The notes under the pieces are model-generated. The model saw only the letters and a program-made list of their open reading frames with translations, made no database searches and was not told the origin of the DNA. A stretch of DNA of 46,976 nt from a virus: IMG/VR virus record IMGVR_UViG_3300047319_000877; one strand, written 5' to 3'. Position numbers and translations under genes: made by a program. Position 1 is the first letter of the stretch; each line of letters starts with the position of its first letter. Shown here piece by piece: positions 1 through 9,133 of this stretch.

Positions 1-127
1 TCAATCAATGGAATTAGTTCGATGTATTGCATGTGGTTCACTGAGGAATCCACAATTTCCAATTTGTCAGACTTGTCATGCAATTGTTGATCCTGTTAAG
101 GCGAAGGAACTCGGACTTACATTCGTT
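1..127. repeat. Terminal direct overlap, identical to 46850-46976
   Basis: Both ends compared base by base: 127/127 identical. Unique length is therefore 46,849 bp, consistent with a circular or terminally redundant molecule. Confidence 0.97.
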
Positions 128-136
128 AAGATGTAA
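2..136 (+). CDS. 3' end (44 codons plus TAA) of the junction-spanning CDS that starts at 46287; C-terminal CxxC...CxxC zinc ribbon
   Basis: The frame of the ORF starting at 46287 reaches 46976 open. After removing the 127-nt overlap it continues AAG ATG TAA at 128-136. Confidence 0.8.
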   Translation, partial: QSMELVRCIACGSLRNPQFPICQTCHAIVDPVKAKELGLTFVKM

Positions 137-154
137 TGAAAGAGGAGGAATGAG

Positions 155-376
155 ATGCCACATCAAGTAACAGTTACAGGAAAGACCGGACCAAATTTTA
201 CGGTTACAGCGGCAGTAATTCCAAACGTCAATAGAGTGACGTTTGAACCGAATCCCAAGATTCTACGTGTTCAGACTGATGATATCAATGGAAACATTAA
301 AGATTTCGATATTTCGGCTGCAACTACAGTAACTTGCACCATCACGGCAGGGAATTACGCCTTTTCTGTATCGTAG
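155..376 (+). CDS. Small hypothetical structural-module protein (73 aa)
   Basis: ATG preceded by AGGAGGAATGAG; T/V-rich, beta-like sequence; sits between head and tail genes. Confidence 0.6.
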   Translation: MPHQVTVTGKTGPNFTVTAAVIPNVNRVTFEPNPKILRVQTDDINGNIKDFDISAATTVTCTITAGNYAFSVS

Positions 377-392
377 CCTCTATTTACAGAGG
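377..392 (+). promoter_or_regulatory. Hairpin CCTCT-atttac-AGAGG whose 3' arm contains the SD of the next gene
   Basis: 5-bp stem and 6-nt loop directly after the stop at 374-376. GAGG at 389-392 lies 6 nt before the ATG at 399. Confidence 0.3.
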
Positions 393-398
393 TGAAAT

Positions 399-1103
399 AT
401 GGGTAGTACAACAAGTCTAAAAGCCGGCGAAGTGATGGATCGTAGTGCAGCTTTACTAAATGATCCACTTAAGACAGATTTCACCTACGTAGCACAATTA
501 CCTTATCTGAATATTGCAATAGATGAGTTAATTGAAAATTTAGAAGAGTCGAATGCAGGTGTAACTAATCAAACATCTGCCGTAATCACCGTATTAAAAG
601 GATTCGATCGAATTACACCAATTGAAGACATATCGTTGGCTCCTAACTATCCGATTGATTTGGTTGAAATTCGAGAAGTTGGGGAACGATCTGTTGGAAG
701 TAATGATTCATTTCAGGGACTCGGAAAACGCGAATTTATTTCGTCTTTTCCAGCCACTAATTCATTACTTTATTGGGCATGGGAAGATCAGATCATTAAA
801 TTTAACCCAAATGGTGCGTTGGCTGATAAAGAAGTTCAATTGAAGTATGTCCGTCAAGCCATTCAATTGGCGACTGATGAGAATTCAATCATCGGTACGA
901 TTAATTCTCGTTCCTATCTATCATATAAAACTGGTGCGTTGTGCGCGTTTTTCATTGGAGAAAATCAATCTAGAGCAGAAGTATTAGATGGTCAAGCTGA
1001 AAAAGCAATGGAACGATTAACTGGAATTGGAAATAAGGGAAAACAACAGATAATGACACGGCATCGGCCTTTCAGGGCTAGTTATAAGGCTCGGGGATAC
1101 TAA
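399..1103 (+). CDS. Putative tail tubular/adaptor protein (234 aa; T7 gp11-like by position)
   Basis: Long ORF with TAATG coupling to the 716-aa ORF. Function assigned only from order and size in a podovirus-type module. Confidence 0.4.
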   Translation: MGSTTSLKAGEVMDRSAALLNDPLKTDFTYVAQLPYLNIAIDELIENLEESNAGVTNQTSAVITVLKGFDRITPIEDISLAPNYPIDLVEIREVGERSVGSNDSFQGLGKREFISSFPATNSLLYWAWEDQIIKFNPNGALADKEVQLKYVRQAIQLATDENSIIGTINSRSYLSYKTGALCAFFIGENQSRAEVLDGQAEKAMERLTGIGNKGKQQIMTRHRPFRASYKARGY

Positions 1104-3253
1104 TGCGGGACCATGATCCAGTTGTAATTAATGATTTCAATGGATGGTGGGATCGAGATGATGAGGATTCCGCTCCATTAGATCATTTCAATAAAGCGAT
1201 TAATATTCAATTCATTGATTCAGGAATTGAGACTAGATATCCATTAGACAAATATCAAGATCCTAGTAAGGCATTCGGTAAAGTCTTACGTGTCTATAAT
1301 TATGTAACTCAAACTGGTCAGACTCTATTGGTATTAGTTGAAGGTGGAATTATTCACCATGTAACTAATCCAAATAGTGTTTATTTGAATATTTTAACTA
1401 TTCCTACAATGACAGACTTCGGATTTGTAGCCATCTCGGGACGGGCTTACATTACACCATTTACTACATATGTAGATTCAAATGGTCAAAACTATGAATT
1501 AGGTTTACCTAATGAAAATCTTTACGTGTATTTAGGTGTAGGAGATCCAGCTAGAAAAGCAGGTGGAGTTATTCCTGTTAGCGGAACTGGGACACCATAT
1601 GTACCATATAAGCCATTCCTTGCATACACTAATACAGTTATAAATGGACCAGTTGTAAGTGAAGGAATCCATATAGTAGCTGTAGCATTTAGTGATGATG
1701 GAACTAATTTTAAGAATGCAGGTCCAATATCTCATCCACCTCCCACACTTCTACCCCCATTTGCAAATCGTGATATGTTTCCTGTAGTTTATGCTACAGG
1801 TACTCAAGTTATTCAATTAACTAATATTCCATTAGGTCCACCTGGAACTATAGCTAGAAGATTATTAATGACTCTTGCAGAAGATATAAATACATATAAA
1901 CATAATGGTCCACATGATTGGCGAATAGCGGAAACACTTCCAGACAATACAACTATAACTAGAATACTTAATCCTCCAGATGCAACTTTAACATTTGTAT
2001 TTTCTCCAATTGTTAGTTCTCTCTATCATGAATCTAGCGCAATGATGGTAGTGGAATCATTAGATACTGGATTCTGTGACCTTGGATTCCATTTAGTCGG
2101 TATAGTGTATGAGACTAATTCAGGTTACTTGACAGCAGTTGGACCCGAATTCTATGCTGGAAATACATATGTCACTCCAACTAAAGGAGTTACGGTATTA
2201 AATATTCCAACTTCACCTGATCCTAGTGTTGTAAAGAGACACTTAGTTTCAACTAAGGCCATATTCGATTATAATGGAGATCAGAAAGGATATCAATTCT
2301 TTTTCATTCCAAAAGGTACATTAAATGATAATATAACTAGGGCAATGAATGTATCATATTACGATTCTGACCTTCTATCAGATGCATCACATTTGATGGA
2401 TAATTATGATAGAATTCCAGCAGGTGTATCTCTTTGTACGTATCATAGTCGATTAGTTCTAGTAGGTGATCCTACTATTCCTGTTTTGGCAGCTACACCA
2501 CTTGGAAAAAATCCACGGGATGCGCCCGCAGCTAGACCAGATAATCGATCAGTTGCGTGGTTATCAGCCCCTGGAGAACCTGAAGCAATTAGTAAAGTCG
2601 ATGGATTGATTGTAACTCCATTAGATGGAAATCCGCTAACTAATTGTCAGGAATTCCGTGATGCTCTCTACTTATTTAAGAGGACACGGACTTACGCATA
2701 TGTAGATAATCAAGATGAACCCGCATCATGGCAGGAAAAAGTAATCGACGAAGGTACGGGCGCATCAGTACATGGAATAGGTACAGTATTGGATTCTGGC
2801 GGAGTAAATATTGACTTTCTAATAGTAGCCAATTGGTCCGGATTAATGTTATTTAATGGAACATATGCACGTCCTGAGATATCATTCAAAATTGAGAATT
2901 TTTGGCTTCAATTGGATCGAAATGGATTCAGAAATGTACAAATAATCAATGATTCCATCTCTAAGAAGGTCTACATTACACTTCCAACGATAACTCGGAA
3001 TTTTGTTTTGTATGCTGATTATAAGAAAGGACTAGACCCAAAGAATATTAAATGGGTTAAATGGGAATTCGATGCTGAAGTTACTACAGCGTGTTTAATT
3101 AACACAAATAAGATAATTTTAGGAGCTGCATTGGATTCAGGTGGAATCTATTTCATCAATTCATTCAAACCAGCTAGACATGATAGTTATAATAATGGAA
3201 TTGAGAAAAAGATACCTAATCCCATAATTCGTACATCTTTGTTAGGTGGATAA
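1103..3253 (+). CDS. Putative tail tubular/nozzle protein (716 aa; T7 gp12-like by position)
   Basis: Large ORF directly after the 234-aa protein and before the fibre genes. No motif-level confirmation. Confidence 0.4.
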   Translation: MRDHDPVVINDFNGWWDRDDEDSAPLDHFNKAINIQFIDSGIETRYPLDKYQDPSKAFGKVLRVYNYVTQTGQTLLVLVEGGIIHHVTNPNSVYLNILTIPTMTDFGFVAISGRAYITPFTTYVDSNGQNYELGLPNENLYVYLGVGDPARKAGGVIPVSGTGTPYVPYKPFLAYTNTVINGPVVSEGIHIVAVAFSDDGTNFKNAGPISHPPPTLLPPFANRDMFPVVYATGTQVIQLTNIPLGPPGTIARRLLMTLAEDINTYKHNGPHDWRIAETLPDNTTITRILNPPDATLTFVFSPIVSSLYHESSAMMVVESLDTGFCDLGFHLVGIVYETNSGYLTAVGPEFYAGNTYVTPTKGVTVLNIPTSPDPSVVKRHLVSTKAIFDYNGDQKGYQFFFIPKGTLNDNITRAMNVSYYDSDLLSDASHLMDNYDRIPAGVSLCTYHSRLVLVGDPTIPVLAATPLGKNPRDAPAARPDNRSVAWLSAPGEPEAISKVDGLIVTPLDGNPLTNCQEFRDALYLFKRTRTYAYVDNQDEPASWQEKVIDEGTGASVHGIGTVLDSGGVNIDFLIVANWSGLMLFNGTYARPEISFKIENFWLQLDRNGFRNVQIINDSISKKVYITLPTITRNFVLYADYKKGLDPKNIKWVKWEFDAEVTTACLINTNKIILGAALDSGGIYFINSFKPARHDSYNNGIEKKIPNPIIRTSLLGG

Positions 3254-3261
3254 TTGGGGGG

Positions 3262-3561
3262 ATGATGAGTCCAGAATCAGATGGAAGTGAGGCAATATCT
3301 CATTTCGCAGCAATTAGAGTTATAGTAACTGGATCTGGAAGTTTGAAAATGTCCATCTATTCAATGGATGACATTCGATCAAAACAATTGGTTCCATTTG
3401 CTCTAAAAAATGTAATTCGAGTCGTTCCCACCAGATTAGTGAATTTCCTAGAACAACGTGCATTATTTGAATTTAAGACTACAAATATGGATGAATATTT
3501 CAAAATTACTAAAATTATAGTATTCACTAAGGAAGTTTACATGTCTCATCCTGGGGCTTAA
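3262..3561 (+). CDS. Hypothetical protein (99 aa)
   Basis: ORF with G-rich RBS (GGGGGG ATG), tightly packed in the tail module. Confidence 0.55.
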   Translation: MMSPESDGSEAISHFAAIRVIVTGSGSLKMSIYSMDDIRSKQLVPFALKNVIRVVPTRLVNFLEQRALFEFKTTNMDEYFKITKIIVFTKEVYMSHPGA

Positions 3562-3563
3562 TC

Positions 3564-5783
3564 ATGGCATTCCAACCAGGAGATAAAATAGTTCAATTTG
3601 CTGATCTTAAGAGTACATTATCTCAATCTAAAGCTATTGATCCCGCCCTATATCAGACAGTTCAAACCTTAATAGAACGACTGGATAAATTTAAGTCCAG
3701 TCATGACTCAACTGTAGATACCATCAATAATAATGTCAATAAAATCGTTCAAAATATAGTTATAACTCCAAATATTGTAGCTACTTATCTTACATTACTT
3801 AATGAAGTAGGACAATTACCTCAATCAGTTCAATTACTTGCAGGAACTAACATAACATTTGATGATTCGGTTGCAAATAGACGAATAGTTAATGCAACTA
3901 GTGGAGGTGCCGATTTAGATTATTTGGGGAATTACGCACCGGCTACATACAATGATGGTGATATCGTCATTGGTAGTGATGGTGTCGCTTACATGTGTGT
4001 TAAGGATGGAACTACAACTCCTCCTGAGGCTTGGCCTGGATCATCTGGTGGAAGTGGTGGAAGTTCAGGTCCACACGCGCCCACACATGAAATAGGTGGA
4101 ACGGATATAATCGATATCAAACTATTAGGTGGGTATCCATCTGATGTCACGAAATTCTTGAATGGAACGGGTGTATTTAGTGTACCTTCTGGTGGAAGTG
4201 GTGGAACTCCAAGTCCACATCATTTAACACATGAACCAGGTGGTTCTGATCCAATGGCTGTTGATGCCATTATAACTATTGGATCATTACGTACATTAGG
4301 TACAGGCCCACAACAAGCGGCACCAGGTAATGATACTAGATTCACGAATGCGCGTCCTCCTATAGTACATGCAACTACACATCAAATAGGTGGATCTGAT
4401 ATAGTCGATGTTAAATTATTAGGTGGATATCCTGGTGGAACCACAACATTCCTGAGAGCTGATGGAACATTTAATACACCGACTGCGGGAGTTCCGGGTG
4501 CGCATCATATCACACATGAATTAGGTGGAACTGACGTAATTCAGAATAATGCATGGTTAAATCAAGCTAATGTATTTACACAATATCAGACTATTGATAC
4601 TAATACTCCTAGACTTATTTTTAATGATCCTGCGAATCCTGTTGATAATCGTAAATGGACATTTATTGGTATTCCGTCGAATATGTTTCAAATTGGTTCT
4701 ACGACTGATGCTGGTTTAACAACAGCTAATTTACAATTAGATAGAAATGGAAATGTTTTAGTAGGTAATGTATTAACTGCAAATAATGGATTAGGATCGA
4801 CTCCATTGAATGCATCTAACCTAACTATAGGTACAGTTCCGGATGCAAGATTAAGTAGTAACGTCGCATTAAGAAATGTAACTAATACATTTACAGCAAG
4901 TCAATTCATATCAACAGGGACTAGTTCAGAACTTCGATTAATTACAACTTCTGCAAATGTTGATGCTAGAACTTGGAGAATAGTTAGTATTGGTTATAAT
5001 CTGTATTTTCAAGCAGTTAATGATGCAAATACAGTTCAACAGGGTGTTATAGATATTGATAGAACTGGAGTATTATATGCGGCAGCAGGATTAGGAACCA
5101 CTCCATTAAATGCATCTAATCTGACTAGTGGAACAGTTCCTGATGTGAGGTTGAGTAGTAATGTTGCATTGAAGAATATTGATAATAATTTTATAGCTCA
5201 ACATTTGGGTACAAATACCACCATTGTAGGAACTAATTCAATTCTTTATTTTCAAGCTTATTCTGCAACTCTAAATAATAAGATTTGGAGGATAATTAAT
5301 TATTCGGATGGTAGGTTAATTTTTGAAGCATTATCTGATGATTTAAGTGTTCGTCAAAGTTATACACTACAATTAGATCGTGTAGGTAATGCCCTTATTC
5401 AAGGTGATATCTATGAAAAAACTCGAACTACACCGATAGGACATTGGATTAGTTTCACTCCAACATTTGCAGTAGATACAGGTACAATTACACTTAATAC
5501 TGCTTATACCGCGAAATATACATTAATTGGTAAGACTATAATTCTTTCAATTCGTGCTAGTATAACTTTAAGTATTGCAGTTCCTGCATATTTTATGTTT
5601 ACACCAGTAATAGGTGCAAGTTACACAACAACTCCAATAAATGATAATATTGATACTATTGGAGTAGTACAATCATTACCTGGAGAAGGAAGAATTGTAA
5701 TATATCATAATCTTTCAGCAACAATTAATTGGACTGCGGGAGCACATGAAATAGGTTTCACAATTTCATATGAATTTCAATGA
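3564..5783 (+). CDS. Tail fibre protein 1 (739 aa), modular
   Basis: Four H-x-x-T-H-[EQ]-x-G-G-[ST]-D motifs (nt 4070-4535). Three roughly 100-aa modules (nt 4569-5417); the first two end in GLG[ST]TPLNASNLTxGTVPDxRLSSNVAL, the third is partial and lacks it. G/S linkers between modules. Confidence 0.75.
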   Translation: MAFQPGDKIVQFADLKSTLSQSKAIDPALYQTVQTLIERLDKFKSSHDSTVDTINNNVNKIVQNIVITPNIVATYLTLLNEVGQLPQSVQLLAGTNITFDDSVANRRIVNATSGGADLDYLGNYAPATYNDGDIVIGSDGVAYMCVKDGTTTPPEAWPGSSGGSGGSSGPHAPTHEIGGTDIIDIKLLGGYPSDVTKFLNGTGVFSVPSGGSGGTPSPHHLTHEPGGSDPMAVDAIITIGSLRTLGTGPQQAAPGNDTRFTNARPPIVHATTHQIGGSDIVDVKLLGGYPGGTTTFLRADGTFNTPTAGVPGAHHITHELGGTDVIQNNAWLNQANVFTQYQTIDTNTPRLIFNDPANPVDNRKWTFIGIPSNMFQIGSTTDAGLTTANLQLDRNGNVLVGNVLTANNGLGSTPLNASNLTIGTVPDARLSSNVALRNVTNTFTASQFISTGTSSELRLITTSANVDARTWRIVSIGYNLYFQAVNDANTVQQGVIDIDRTGVLYAAAGLGTTPLNASNLTSGTVPDVRLSSNVALKNIDNNFIAQHLGTNTTIVGTNSILYFQAYSATLNNKIWRIINYSDGRLIFEALSDDLSVRQSYTLQLDRVGNALIQGDIYEKTRTTPIGHWISFTPTFAVDTGTITLNTAYTAKYTLIGKTIILSIRASITLSIAVPAYFMFTPVIGASYTTTPINDNIDTIGVVQSLPGEGRIVIYHNLSATINWTAGAHEIGFTISYEFQ
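4569..5417 (+). repeat. Three tandem ~100-aa (300-nt) modules inside fibre 1
   Basis: The nucleotide blocks at 4788-4880 and 5088-5180 lie exactly 300 nt apart and are visibly similar (actccatt[ga]aatgcatctaa...agtagtaa[ct]gt[ct]gcatt). Confidence 0.85.
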
Positions 5784-5792
5784 GGTTCGTGT

Positions 5793-6143
5793 ATGGCTGA
5801 TCAATCAACGATTCAGATGGCATTGACGAGAGATACGGGTCCAGGCGGATTCATGGAACGTATTACGGCTATTATGGCATATGTGGCTAACAGTATTCTA
5901 TCGGAGAGTGTTGGAACTGCATATCATTCAGGACGCGCACTCTATGCTCAAAAAGTAATGAATAATCCCATTCAAGCCGCCCAATCAGGTGGTCCATTAA
6001 TTGTGATGGGAATCAATATTTCAGGTAAAACAACTTACGATGAAGAAACTAAAACATCTACTTGTGCATCAACAGATCTAGAGATTCAATCACAAATTCA
6101 GACGGATTGGAATGGATTAGCTGGATTGGATACTCCTTCCTAA
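5793..6143 (+). CDS. Hypothetical protein between the two fibre genes (116 aa)
   Basis: ORF with ATG, tightly packed. Confidence 0.55.
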   Translation: MADQSTIQMALTRDTGPGGFMERITAIMAYVANSILSESVGTAYHSGRALYAQKVMNNPIQAAQSGGPLIVMGINISGKTTYDEETKTSTCASTDLEIQSQIQTDWNGLAGLDTPS

Positions 6144-6144
6144 C

Positions 6145-7425
6145 ATGGCTCCTATTACACCTAATCCAGCGACAACTGAATGGGTTCCAGTATGGGATTT
6201 AAATGGAACTGGAAGTGGATCTGGTGGTGGTCTACATCATGTAACCCATGAATTAGGTGGAACTGATGTAGTCCATCTAGATGGAAGTCAAATAGTCAGC
6301 GGAACTATTCCTGATGTAAGATTATCAAGTAATGTAGCTCTAAAGAATATTAATAATAATTTTTCAGTTGGTCAAACATTTCAAACATTTACGGGGGTAT
6401 CAGGTAATAATTCTTTATTTTTTCTAAATGATATAACTGGTCCTACAGATGCTAAATATTGGAGAATACTTCAAAGTTCGGATGGGATATTATATTTTCA
6501 AGCATTAAATGATGCTCAAACTATTTCTCAAAGTTTAATATCTATCTTTAGAGATAGTTCAATATTGGCACCAGGGGGACTTAGAAATACTCCATTAAAT
6601 GCATCCCAATTAACTTTAGGGACTATTCCTGATGCTAGATTGTCGAGTAATGTTGCATTAAAAGATCAAGTAAATATATTTACACAAGTTCAAGCTATAG
6701 TAACTCCTAGTGCTTTACTTCATTTATCTGATACTAGTCAACCTGTTGATGGTAAAGTTTGGAGAATAGTAAATGTTGGTTATTTAGTTATTCAAGCAAC
6801 GAATGATGCAGTTACAGTTCAACAAGGTGGGGTGACAATAAATCGATCTGGTGTATTAGTTGCTGCGGGATTGGGAACTACTCCATTAGATGCATCTCAA
6901 CTATTAAGTGGAACTGTTCCACTGGCTAGATTACCCCCATTTATTGATCAAGTAATTGGTGAGTGGCTTCCAATTTTAGGAGGTGAAGGAGGCGAGAGTG
7001 GTCAAGATTATCGCATCCAACAAGGTCGATATATGCGTACAGGAAAACTTGTACATTTATGGGGTTATACACAATATAATGGACCGGGTGGAGGTGGACA
7101 TACAAATGCTAAGGGCATAATTCATGGTAGAATAGTCATAAAGAATTTTCCCTTTCCAATTGGACTTGCTCCTGGAATAGGAATACATCCAAATCCTCTT
7201 ATAGCGGGTAGTGTTGCATATCATACAAATATGTATACTCCACAAGATAGAACTACAGTTCTTTGTTATGGGATTCCGGGACAGAGTTATGCGTATATAC
7301 TTAGAGATGTAAAAGATGGTGGAAATCCATTATTTTTATTAGGTGATACCTCTCCTAATACTGGTTTTTATGACGTAAACGATGATACTCAGCTAGTCAT
7401 AGCAATATCATATTATATCGATTAG
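6145..7425 (+). CDS. Tail fibre protein 2 (426 aa), sharing modules with fibre 1
   Basis: N-terminus has the same HHVTHELGGTD motif (nt 6232-6267). Two further TPL[ND]AS..GT[IV]P..RL modules follow. The C-terminal ~150 aa are unique. Confidence 0.75.
   Translation: MAPITPNPATTEWVPVWDLNGTGSGSGGGLHHVTHELGGTDVVHLDGSQIVSGTIPDVRLSSNVALKNINNNFSVGQTFQTFTGVSGNNSLFFLNDITGPTDAKYWRILQSSDGILYFQALNDAQTISQSLISIFRDSSILAPGGLRNTPLNASQLTLGTIPDARLSSNVALKDQVNIFTQVQAIVTPSALLHLSDTSQPVDGKVWRIVNVGYLVIQATNDAVTVQQGGVTINRSGVLVAAGLGTTPLDASQLLSGTVPLARLPPFIDQVIGEWLPILGGEGGESGQDYRIQQGRYMRTGKLVHLWGYTQYNGPGGGGHTNAKGIIHGRIVIKNFPFPIGLAPGIGIHPNPLIAGSVAYHTNMYTPQDRTTVLCYGIPGQSYAYILRDVKDGGNPLFLLGDTSPNTGFYDVNDDTQLVIAISYYID
6283..6939 (+). 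repeat. Two-plus copies of the fibre module shared with fibre 1
   Basis: Blocks at 6301-6350, 6575-6670 and 6868-6935 match the 4788/5088 blocks at protein level and partly at nucleotide level. Confidence 0.8.
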
Positions 7426-7433
7426 GAGGCAGG

Positions 7434-7595
7434 ATGGAGATTACAGAAGAAATATTAGATAAACACCTTGAGAATTTCAGGAAACAACACACAGATTTGA
7501 CGGCTCAGGTTCATGCAGTTAGTGGGGCTATTCAGGTAATTGAATTACTTAAGAAACAATTAACTAATGACAATAAGATCATACCATCCGAATGA
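7434..7595 (+). CDS. Small helical protein (53 aa), below the ORF-track cutoff
   Basis: AGGAGG at 7424-7429 precedes the ATG at 7434. Translation MEITEEILDKHLENFRKQHTDL... Overlaps the next ORF by 29 nt. Confidence 0.45.
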   Translation: MEITEEILDKHLENFRKQHTDLTAQVHAVSGAIQVIELLKKQLTNDNKIIPSE

Positions 7596-7941
7596 TTTGG
7601 CTGAATTAGAACGAATTCACTCCGCCAATTTTTCAAGTGAATTCTATCAGCCGGATTTCATGAAATATGTGTGTGCATTCGTTATAGAAGATGAAAAGGG
7701 AATCATTACATTTGGTGGAATTCGTGATATCGCTGAATGTATAACTGTAACGGATAAAACTAGAGACCCAAGAGACAGAGCTAAGGCATTATATCAAGTA
7801 TTAGATGCAGCTATTTTCATCTGTAGATCACATGGATATGATCAGATTTATGCATGGTCACAGAATCCAATGTGGTATAAGCGACTGAGAAGAAATGGAT
7901 TCAGACCACCTCAAGGACAGTCTTTAATTTTAGACCTGTAA
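7567..7941 (+). CDS. GNAT-like N-acetyltransferase-fold protein (124 aa)
   Basis: C-terminal ...DRAKALYQVLDAAIFICRSHGYDQIYAW...WYKRLRRNGF resembles the GNAT acetyl-CoA region, with a degenerate Q/RxxGxG/A motif. Confidence 0.45.
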   Translation: MTIRSYHPNDLAELERIHSANFSSEFYQPDFMKYVCAFVIEDEKGIITFGGIRDIAECITVTDKTRDPRDRAKALYQVLDAAIFICRSHGYDQIYAWSQNPMWYKRLRRNGFRPPQGQSLILDL

Positions 7942-7952
7942 GGAGTAGAAAG

Positions 7953-9131
7953 ATGGGTGGAAACAATAATACGAATTCAGGTGCATCTGGGACTGATCCT
8001 AAAGGTGTAGGACAGAATCAATCAGCACATCAACAGACTAGATTTGAAAACCAACAAGGACCAATGGTTAATGCGTTCGCGCAAAACTATGGTCAAGGTG
8101 CTGAACAGAATTTAGGTGATTACACTGATATAATGAATTCCTATGCAGGGATTGCAGCTAATCCCGGCATGGGTGCATTCGCTAGTGGTGCGTATGGTGG
8201 TCCGGGTTATTCCGCATTCTCGGTTAAACCTGGAAGTGCGAGTTACACCGATCCATTTGCATCATATTCTCAGTTTCAAGATTTATCTAAAACTGGTGGA
8301 TATTCTGCTCAAGATATGGCTGATCTTAGATCTAGAGGAGCGGCACCAGTTAGAGCAGCATATGCTAACGCTGAAAGAGAAGTAAATAGAGGTAGAAGTT
8401 TACAAGGTGGATATTCACCTAATGCTGCCGCTGTACAGGCTAAAATGGCTAGAGAACAAAGTCAAGCTGGTGCAGATGCAATGCAAAGTACAAATGCAGG
8501 AATCATAGCTGCAAGGAATCAAGGTCAATTAGGCGGAATGCAGGGAATGTCTAATATTGAGGGTCAAAGATTAGGTGCAGATGTTGATGTAAGTAAATAC
8601 AATACAGGACTAGATTATCAGGGTCAAATTGCTAACATGGGTGAAAATGTACGTGCCCAGGAAGGTAATATCAGACTAGGTCAAGCTAATGCCGCCGCTG
8701 GTGCATCTGCATCTAATGCCGCCATGCAATTAGCATCACAACGTCAGATGGGTTCATTAGCTGGAATGACTAATTTGTATGGAACTACACCTGGACTATC
8801 CAACACATTCGGAAATCAGCTATTGGGTGGGGTTAATTCAGGTGCTCAATTTGGTAATCAATTATATGCAAATGATATCATGAATCAACGCGCACCTGGG
8901 GCATTCGATCAAACTATGGGTCGAGTTAATCAAATAACTGGTGCAGCAACTGGTCCTGCTAATGCTCTATTAAATTATTATAGTAATCGTAATAATCCAC
9001 AAATGTCAAATGGTGGATATACGGGTGGTGGTTATCAGAATCCATACGGAACTAATGTTGGTGCAATGGATCCAAATAGTTATTATGGGCCAACGCAACC
9101 GGACTATGGTTATTATGGACCAACGGAGTAA
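7953..9131 (+). CDS. Low-complexity G/Q/N/A-rich internal virion-type protein (392 aa)
   Basis: Composition and position upstream of the giant ejection-type protein. Confidence 0.45.
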   Translation: MGGNNNTNSGASGTDPKGVGQNQSAHQQTRFENQQGPMVNAFAQNYGQGAEQNLGDYTDIMNSYAGIAANPGMGAFASGAYGGPGYSAFSVKPGSASYTDPFASYSQFQDLSKTGGYSAQDMADLRSRGAAPVRAAYANAEREVNRGRSLQGGYSPNAAAVQAKMAREQSQAGADAMQSTNAGIIAARNQGQLGGMQGMSNIEGQRLGADVDVSKYNTGLDYQGQIANMGENVRAQEGNIRLGQANAAAGASASNAAMQLASQRQMGSLAGMTNLYGTTPGLSNTFGNQLLGGVNSGAQFGNQLYANDIMNQRAPGAFDQTMGRVNQITGAATGPANALLNYYSNRNNPQMSNGGYTGGGYQNPYGTNVGAMDPNSYYGPTQPDYGYYGPTE

Positions 9132-9133
9132 TC

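Noticed and set aside
3564-7425. Diversity-generating retroelement targeting the repeated fibre modules
   Set aside because: No reverse transcriptase ORF exists anywhere in the genome. The repeat copies differ at all base types rather than by adenine-specific substitutions.
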